From Plebeiibacterium marinum (lineage in GTDB: Bacteria; Bacteroidota; Bacteroidia; Bacteroidales; Marinilabiliaceae): a stretch of 21,037 nucleotides of DNA. Positions 16,140 to 21,037 of this stretch are shown piece after piece. The notes under the pieces were generated by a model that was given only the letters and a program-made list of their open reading frames with translations, ran no database searches and was not told the origin of the DNA. How positions within the stretch are numbered: position 1 is the first letter of the stretch; every line of letters starts with the position of its first letter. A program made the translations under genes and the position numbers. The DNA is taken from the NCBI RefSeq assembly GCF_026013615.1, contig NZ_JAPDPI010000067.1:1-21037 (forward strand), given 5' to 3'.

Positions 16140-17423
16140 ATGCAGGTATTTAAATATCCCCCAAAAGAAGATTGGGTAAAATTACTACAACGCCCTGAAA
16201 ATGATTTAAGTGGATTGTTTTCTACAGTTCAGGGAATTTTGGACGACATAAAAGCAAATGGAAATAGTGCCGCAATAAAGTATTCTGAAAAGTTTGATGG
16301 TTTTGCTGCAAAGGAGTTGTTGGTTTCTAAAGAAGAAATTGATGAGGCGTGTATGCAGATATCTTCGAACCTCAAGGAAGCTATTTATAAAGCAAAGCTG
16401 AATGTGGAGACTTTTCACGAAGCTCAAATTGTTCCTGAGAGAGTTGTTGAAACAATGCCAGGTGTAGTATGTAGGCAAAAAAGTGTAGCCATTGAAAAGG
16501 TTGGGTTATATATTCCCGGAGGAACTGCCCCCCTGTTTTCAACGGTTCTGATGCTGGCTTGCCCGGCTAAGATAGCAAAGTGTAAAGAGATTGTTTTGTG
16601 TACACCCCCTGACAGGGAAGGCAAGGTTCATCCGGCCATATTGTACACGGCTTCGCTTGTGGGGGTTACCAAAGTATATAAGCTTGGGGGCGTGCAGGCC
16701 ATTGGAGCCATGGCATATGGTACAGAAAGTATTCCCAAAGTGGATAAAATATTTGGTCCGGGTAATAGCTATGTAACGGCAGCCAAGCAATTGGTAAGCC
16801 TTAAAGATGTGGCCATTGATATGCCTGCAGGACCATCAGAAGTTGAAGTTCTTGCTGATGAATCTGCCAATCCGGCTTTTGTGGCCTCAGATTTATTAAG
16901 CCAGGCAGAACACGGGGTGGATAGTCAGGTTATTTTGGTTACCAATAGCATCGAACTCATTGCCAAAGTTGAAGAAGAGCTTGAAAAACAGCTGAGCCGG
17001 CTTTCCCGTAAAGAAATTGCGGTTAAGGCACTTGAAAACAGTCGTATCCTGTTGTTGGGTTCTAAAGAAGAAATGATTGAAATGACCAACCAATATGCTC
17101 CTGAGCATTTAATTATTGCTATGAGGGATGAGGATGAGGTTGCCAATAAAATAACCAATGCAGGTAGTGTGTTTGTGGGGAATTATACTCCTGAAAGTGC
17201 CGGTGATTACGCATCAGGTACCAACCATACCCTGCCAACCCATGGTTATGCAAGGGCATATAGTGGCGTTAACCTGGATAGTTATCTTAAGAAGATAACC
17301 TTTCAAAAAATTTCTCCTCAGGGACTGCTGGAAATAGGCCCTGCCATAGAGGAAATGGCAGCTGCCGAACAGTTGGATGCACATAAAAATGCAGTTACCA
17401 TTCGTTTAAATTCATTAAAGTAA
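16140..17423 (+). CDS. hisD: Histidinol dehydrogenase
   Basis: The ORF opens at 16110, but MQVFKYPPKEDW at 16140 is the typical HisD N-terminus. IPGGTAPLFSTVLM, GPGNSYVTAAK, DMPAGPSEV, SQAEHG, APEHL and GDYASGTNHTLPT are all present. Confidence 0.95.
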   Translation: MQVFKYPPKEDWVKLLQRPENDLSGLFSTVQGILDDIKANGNSAAIKYSEKFDGFAAKELLVSKEEIDEACMQISSNLKEAIYKAKLNVETFHEAQIVPERVVETMPGVVCRQKSVAIEKVGLYIPGGTAPLFSTVLMLACPAKIAKCKEIVLCTPPDREGKVHPAILYTASLVGVTKVYKLGGVQAIGAMAYGTESIPKVDKIFGPGNSYVTAAKQLVSLKDVAIDMPAGPSEVEVLADESANPAFVASDLLSQAEHGVDSQVILVTNSIELIAKVEEELEKQLSRLSRKEIAVKALENSRILLLGSKEEMIEMTNQYAPEHLIIAMRDEDEVANKITNAGSVFVGNYTPESAGDYASGTNHTLPTHGYARAYSGVNLDSYLKKITFQKISPQGLLEIGPAIEEMAAAEQLDAHKNAVTIRLNSLK

Positions 17424-17449
17424 ATTTTTAATATCTCGGGGCATAAATC

Positions 17450-18493
17450 ATGAAACCATTAAATCAACTTATACGCCAGAATATCTTATCCTTAAAACCG
17501 TATTCTTCAGCACGGGATGAATATACAGGAGGTGAAGCTATATTCCTGGATGCAAACGAAAACCCGTTTAACTCTCCCTATAACCGTTATCCGGATCCCT
17601 ATCAAAGAGAACTGAAAGAAAAGATTGCCCGCATCAAGGGGATAGCTGCAGAATATCTTTTCCTGGGAAATGGTAGCGATGAGGCCATAGATATTGCTTT
17701 CAGGGCTTTTTGTGAACCCGGTAAGGATAACGTGGTGGCCATTGACCCTACTTATGGTATGTATCTGGTGGCTGCTGACATTAATAATATTGAAACCCGT
17801 AAGGTTAAGCTGACAGATGATTTTGATCTGGATACAGATGGGCTGTTACAAGCTTGCGATCAAAATACCAAGCTTTTGTTTATCTGTTCACCAAACAATC
17901 CTACCGGGAACAGTTTTAAAAAGGAGGATATTGTAAAAATTATTGAAGGCTTTCAGGGTATTGTGGTACTGGATGAGGCCTATATTGATTTTGTTCCGGA
18001 AAAAAGTTTTGTGCACGAATTAACCAGATATCCTAATGTTATAATCCTGCAAACCTTTAGTAAGGCTTGGGGTATGGCAGGAATTAGACTGGGAATGGCG
18101 TTTGCCTCTCCTGAAATAATCCAGATCTTTAATAAGATTAAATATCCCTATAATGTTAATGTCTTGACACAAAAGAAGGCACTTGAATTGCTGCAAACAG
18201 AGCAAGACATGTCAGATTGGGTAAAGGTGATTTTAAGCGAGAAGTCAAAGATGAAAGAAAGACTGGATGGGTATTCTTTTGTTCAGAAAATATATCCTTC
18301 TGATGCCAATTACCTTCTTGTGAAAACTGATAATGCCAAAGGTATCTATAATTACCTGGTAAATGAAGGTGTTGTAATCAGGGATCGTTCTACAGTGACC
18401 CTATGCGAAGGATGTTTAAGGATAACTATTGGATCAGAACAAGAGAACCAATGCTTATATCAGGGATTGGATAAGTATATGGCTGACAACTAG
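17450..18493 (+). CDS. hisC: Histidinol-phosphate aminotransferase
   Basis: 347-aa ORF. LDANENP, YPDP, GNGSDEAID, SPNNPTG, LDEAYIDF and the PLP lysine context TFSKAWGMAGIRLG are present. Confidence 0.93.
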   Translation: MKPLNQLIRQNILSLKPYSSARDEYTGGEAIFLDANENPFNSPYNRYPDPYQRELKEKIARIKGIAAEYLFLGNGSDEAIDIAFRAFCEPGKDNVVAIDPTYGMYLVAADINNIETRKVKLTDDFDLDTDGLLQACDQNTKLLFICSPNNPTGNSFKKEDIVKIIEGFQGIVVLDEAYIDFVPEKSFVHELTRYPNVIILQTFSKAWGMAGIRLGMAFASPEIIQIFNKIKYPYNVNVLTQKKALELLQTEQDMSDWVKVILSEKSKMKERLDGYSFVQKIYPSDANYLLVKTDNAKGIYNYLVNEGVVIRDRSTVTLCEGCLRITIGSEQENQCLYQGLDKYMADN

Positions 18494-18536
18494 CCTTTGT
18501 TCCTTGTAAGATACCAGTTGTAAAAAAAGCAAATTT

Positions 18537-19661
18537 ATGAAACGAGTATTATTTATTGACCGCGACGGAACCATTATAAAAGAACCACCAGTTGATTTTC
18601 AGGTGGACAGTTTGGAAAAACTTGAGTTTTACCCAAAGGCAATTACCAATTTAAATAAAATGGCTTCAAAACTGGATTTTGAATGGGCCATGGTAACTAA
18701 TCAGGATGGGTTAGGAACAGATTCGTTCCCTGAAGACACCTTTTGGCCTGCGCAAAATAAAATGTTGAGCACTTTGGAAGGTGAGGGTGTGGTTTTTGAT
18801 GAAATTTTCATCGATCCATCAATGCCCTGTGATAACTCGCCAAACAGAAAACCTGGCACCGGCATGCTCACTAAGTATTTTAGTGAAGAATACGACCTGA
18901 AGAATTCTTTTGTGATTGGTGATAGGCTAACAGATGTTCAGTTGGCAAAGAATCTGGGGTGCAAGGCCATTTTTCTGGCCGAAGAAAGTGCTTCCGTTGA
19001 AATAAAGAAAAACGGGCTTGATGAGGTTTGTGCCTTAATTACAACTGACTGGGATCAGATATGCCAATATTTGTTTTCGAAAGAAAGAACGGCTTCGGTA
19101 GTGCGTAAAACATCCGAAACAGATATTGCTATCAAGCTAAACCTCGATGGCAACGGTAAGTGTGATATTTCTACCGGACTAAACTTTTTTGACCATATGT
19201 TGGAGCAGATCGGAAAGCACTCCGGTTGCGATTTAAGTATAAAGGTAAATGGTGATTTGCATGTTGATGAGCACCATACCATTGAAGATACTGCTTTGGC
19301 ATTAGGGCAGGCCTTTAAAGATGCCCTTGGCGATAAAAGGGGTATTGAGCGTTATGGTTATTGTCTTCCTATGGATGAGTGCAAAGCATTGGTAGCACTT
19401 GATTTTGGAGGACGCCCCTGGTTGGTTTGGGATGCGGATTTTAAGCGTGAAATGGTGGGGGACATGCCTACAGAAATGTTTATGCATTTCTTTAAAAGCT
19501 TTTCTGATGCCTCGTTGAGCAATTTAAGGGTGGAAGCCAGTGGTGCCAATGAACATCATAAAATAGAAGGTATTTTTAAGGCTTTGGCCAGAGCTATTAA
19601 AATGGCCATTAAAAAAGATGTTTTTAATGATACCCTACCCAGTACAAAAGGGGCATTGTAA
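18537..19661 (+). CDS. hisB: Bifunctional histidinol-phosphatase / imidazoleglycerol-phosphate dehydratase
   Basis: 374-aa ORF. The N-terminal HAD phosphatase has FIDRDGT, NQDG, RKPG and GDRLTD. The C-terminal IGPD has [32 protein letters not shown] and LPSTKG. Confidence 0.95.
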   Translation: MKRVLFIDRDGTIIKEPPVDFQVDSLEKLEFYPKAITNLNKMASKLDFEWAMVTNQDGLGTDSFPEDTFWPAQNKMLSTLEGEGVVFDEIFIDPSMPCDNSPNRKPGTGMLTKYFSEEYDLKNSFVIGDRLTDVQLAKNLGCKAIFLAEESASVEIKKNGLDEVCALITTDWDQICQYLFSKERTASVVRKTSETDIAIKLNLDGNGKCDISTGLNFFDHMLEQIGKHSGCDLSIKVNGDLHVDEHHTIEDTALALGQAFKDALGDKRGIERYGYCLPMDECKALVALDFGGRPWLVWDADFKREMVGDMPTEMFMHFFKSFSDASLSNLRVEASGANEHHKIEGIFKALARAIKMAIKKDVFNDTLPSTKGAL

Positions 19662-19674
19662 AGTATTAAAATAT

Positions 19675-19716
19675 TAAGACATTCAGGCCTCATTCGGTCT
19701 GATGTCTTATTTTATT
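19675..19716 (+). terminator. Intrinsic terminator ending the hisGDCB transcription unit
   Basis: TAAGACAT(TCAG)...(CTGA)ATGTCTTA forms a stem with one bulge, followed by TTTTATT. It starts 14 nt after the hisB stop. Confidence 0.6.
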
Positions 19717-19822
19717 GGATCTGCCAATCTGCTTTTCTTGATTTCATTTATGTATCCATACATATTTGTTGCAAAATATTTACTAACTTTCACCTTGTTA
19801 TTGATTGAATTAAATGGTGTAA

Positions 19823-21037
19823 ATGGCTGGTATTGCAAGCAAATCAGGGTTCCCAATAGCTGGTATACTTCCTCGTGAAGAGATGTTGGAGGTTAAGAAG
19901 ACCAGAAAAAAACTTATTATTGGAATTCCTAAAGAACTATCTAAGTTTGAAAACAGGATAGCATTAACCCCTCAGGGAGTTGAGCTGTTAGTTGAAAACG
20001 GACATACTGTTTTGTTTGAGACCGGGGCCGGGGAACCAGCCAACTATTCCGATTCTGATTTTTCGGAACGGGGAGCTTCCATTGTCAGGTCACCAAGAGA
20101 AGCCTTTAGTGCCGAAATCATATTAAAAATTTCTCCTTTTACAGAAAGCGAAATAGACCTGTTGTCTCCAAATCAAACTGTTATATCCCTTGTTCAATTG
20201 TATCAGCAAACCAGGGAGTTGATACAGAAGATGATGAGCAAAAAAGTGAATGCTCTTGCCTTTGAGTTGATAAAAGATGAGAATGGATCTTTTCCTGTGC
20301 TTCGAAGCATGAGTGAAATTGAAGGAACAGCTTCAATTATGATTGCCAGTGAATATTTAAGCAAGGCCCATAATGGTAAAGGGGTATTGTTGGGAGGTAT
20401 AACAGGGATTTCTCCTGCCGAGGTTGTAATTCTGGGAGCAGGAACTGCAGGGGAGAGTGCTGCACGTGTGGCCTTAGGGTTAGGGGCTACGGTTAAGGTT
20501 TTTGATAATTCAATAAAAAATTTAAAAGATCTGCAGGATAATGTAGGGCAAAGGGTGTTTACTTCTGTATTGCACCCAAAAGCACTTACCAAAGCATTAA
20601 TTTCGGCTGATGCCGTAATTGGAAATTTACGGTATTTGCAATCCGGCTTAAGGTATTTTGTTACAGAAGACCAGATAAAACTGATGAAACCGGGTTCTAT
20701 CCTTATTGATTTGGGTATAGGGCAGGGTGGATGTTTTGAAACATCTGCCTGTACTGATTTTGCCCATCCCGTTTTTCGGAAACACAACGTAATTCATTAT
20801 TGCGTACCTAATGTGGCTTCGCATGTGTCGCGTACATCAACTATTGCCTTGAGTGATATCTTTGCTCATTTACTATTGAAAATTGCTGATTCTGGTAGTA
20901 TTGATACGATTGTAAAGGAAGATGTTGGTTTTAGTCATGGGGTATACATTTACAAAGGTATACTGACTAATCATTATATTGGAGAAACCTTTTCGTTGCC
21001 GTCAAAAGATATAGGTTTGCTTATGGCAGCTTTTTAG
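19823..21037 (+). CDS. Alanine dehydrogenase / pyridine nucleotide transhydrogenase (AlaDH/PNT) family protein
   Basis: 404-aa ORF ending at the window edge with TAG. IIGIPKE...ENRIALTP is an AlaDH_PNT N-domain start, and the Rossmann motif is VVILGAGTAGESAARVALGLGATVKVFD. About 30 aa of N-terminal extension make the start uncertain (alternative ATG at 19883). Confidence 0.75.
   Translation: MAGIASKSGFPIAGILPREEMLEVKKTRKKLIIGIPKELSKFENRIALTPQGVELLVENGHTVLFETGAGEPANYSDSDFSERGASIVRSPREAFSAEIILKISPFTESEIDLLSPNQTVISLVQLYQQTRELIQKMMSKKVNALAFELIKDENGSFPVLRSMSEIEGTASIMIASEYLSKAHNGKGVLLGGITGISPAEVVILGAGTAGESAARVALGLGATVKVFDNSIKNLKDLQDNVGQRVFTSVLHPKALTKALISADAVIGNLRYLQSGLRYFVTEDQIKLMKPGSILIDLGIGQGGCFETSACTDFAHPVFRKHNVIHYCVPNVASHVSRTSTIALSDIFAHLLLKIADSGSIDTIVKEDVGFSHGVYIYKGILTNHYIGETFSLPSKDIGLLMAAF

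Noticed and set aside
20203-20787. 194-aa antisense ORF inside the AlaDH/PNT gene
   Set aside because: It lies entirely within, and opposite to, a gene with clear Rossmann and AlaDH motifs. Its translation is low-complexity and Pro/Ser/Cys-rich with no recognisable domain, so it is most likely an open antisense frame by chance.

Overview
This is a chromosomal window from an AT-rich genome that looks Bacteroidota-like. That assignment is an inference from TAnnTTTG-type promoter boxes, lipoprotein signal peptides, DUF4369/TlpA-like lipoproteins and overall gene content. It contains 17 credible protein genes plus one mini-ORF. (1) A tightly packed six-gene minus-strand operon at 627-6808 runs SpoIIM-like membrane protein, polytopic membrane protein, DUF4129-like, DUF4350-like, MoxR AAA+ ATPase and DUF58, with a divergent RDD-family gene. 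This is a recognisable but functionally uncharacterised MoxR module. (2) Two tandem TlpA/thioredoxin-fold lipoproteins have both lost the CxxC active site. (3) lpxH sits next to a FabH-like KAS III gene. (4) A small HUH/Y1 (IS200-like, RayT-type) transposase gene is bracketed by mirrored hairpin modules. (5) rmuC. (6) A hisG-hisD-hisC-hisB operon is preceded by a His-rich leader mini-ORF plus an intrinsic terminator, which I read as a candidate attenuator. It ends at its own terminator. (7) An alanine dehydrogenase/PNT-family gene. The least explained sequence is non-coding. At 352-562 there is a 21-bp phased array of ten units, each with an invariant TGGTAGAA core, flanked upstream by two related long palindromes. 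At 14609-14729 there is an 11-bp phased TTCGG array. I see no cas genes, rRNA, tRNA, toxin or obvious defence genes. All functional calls come from motif recognition by eye, with no database search.
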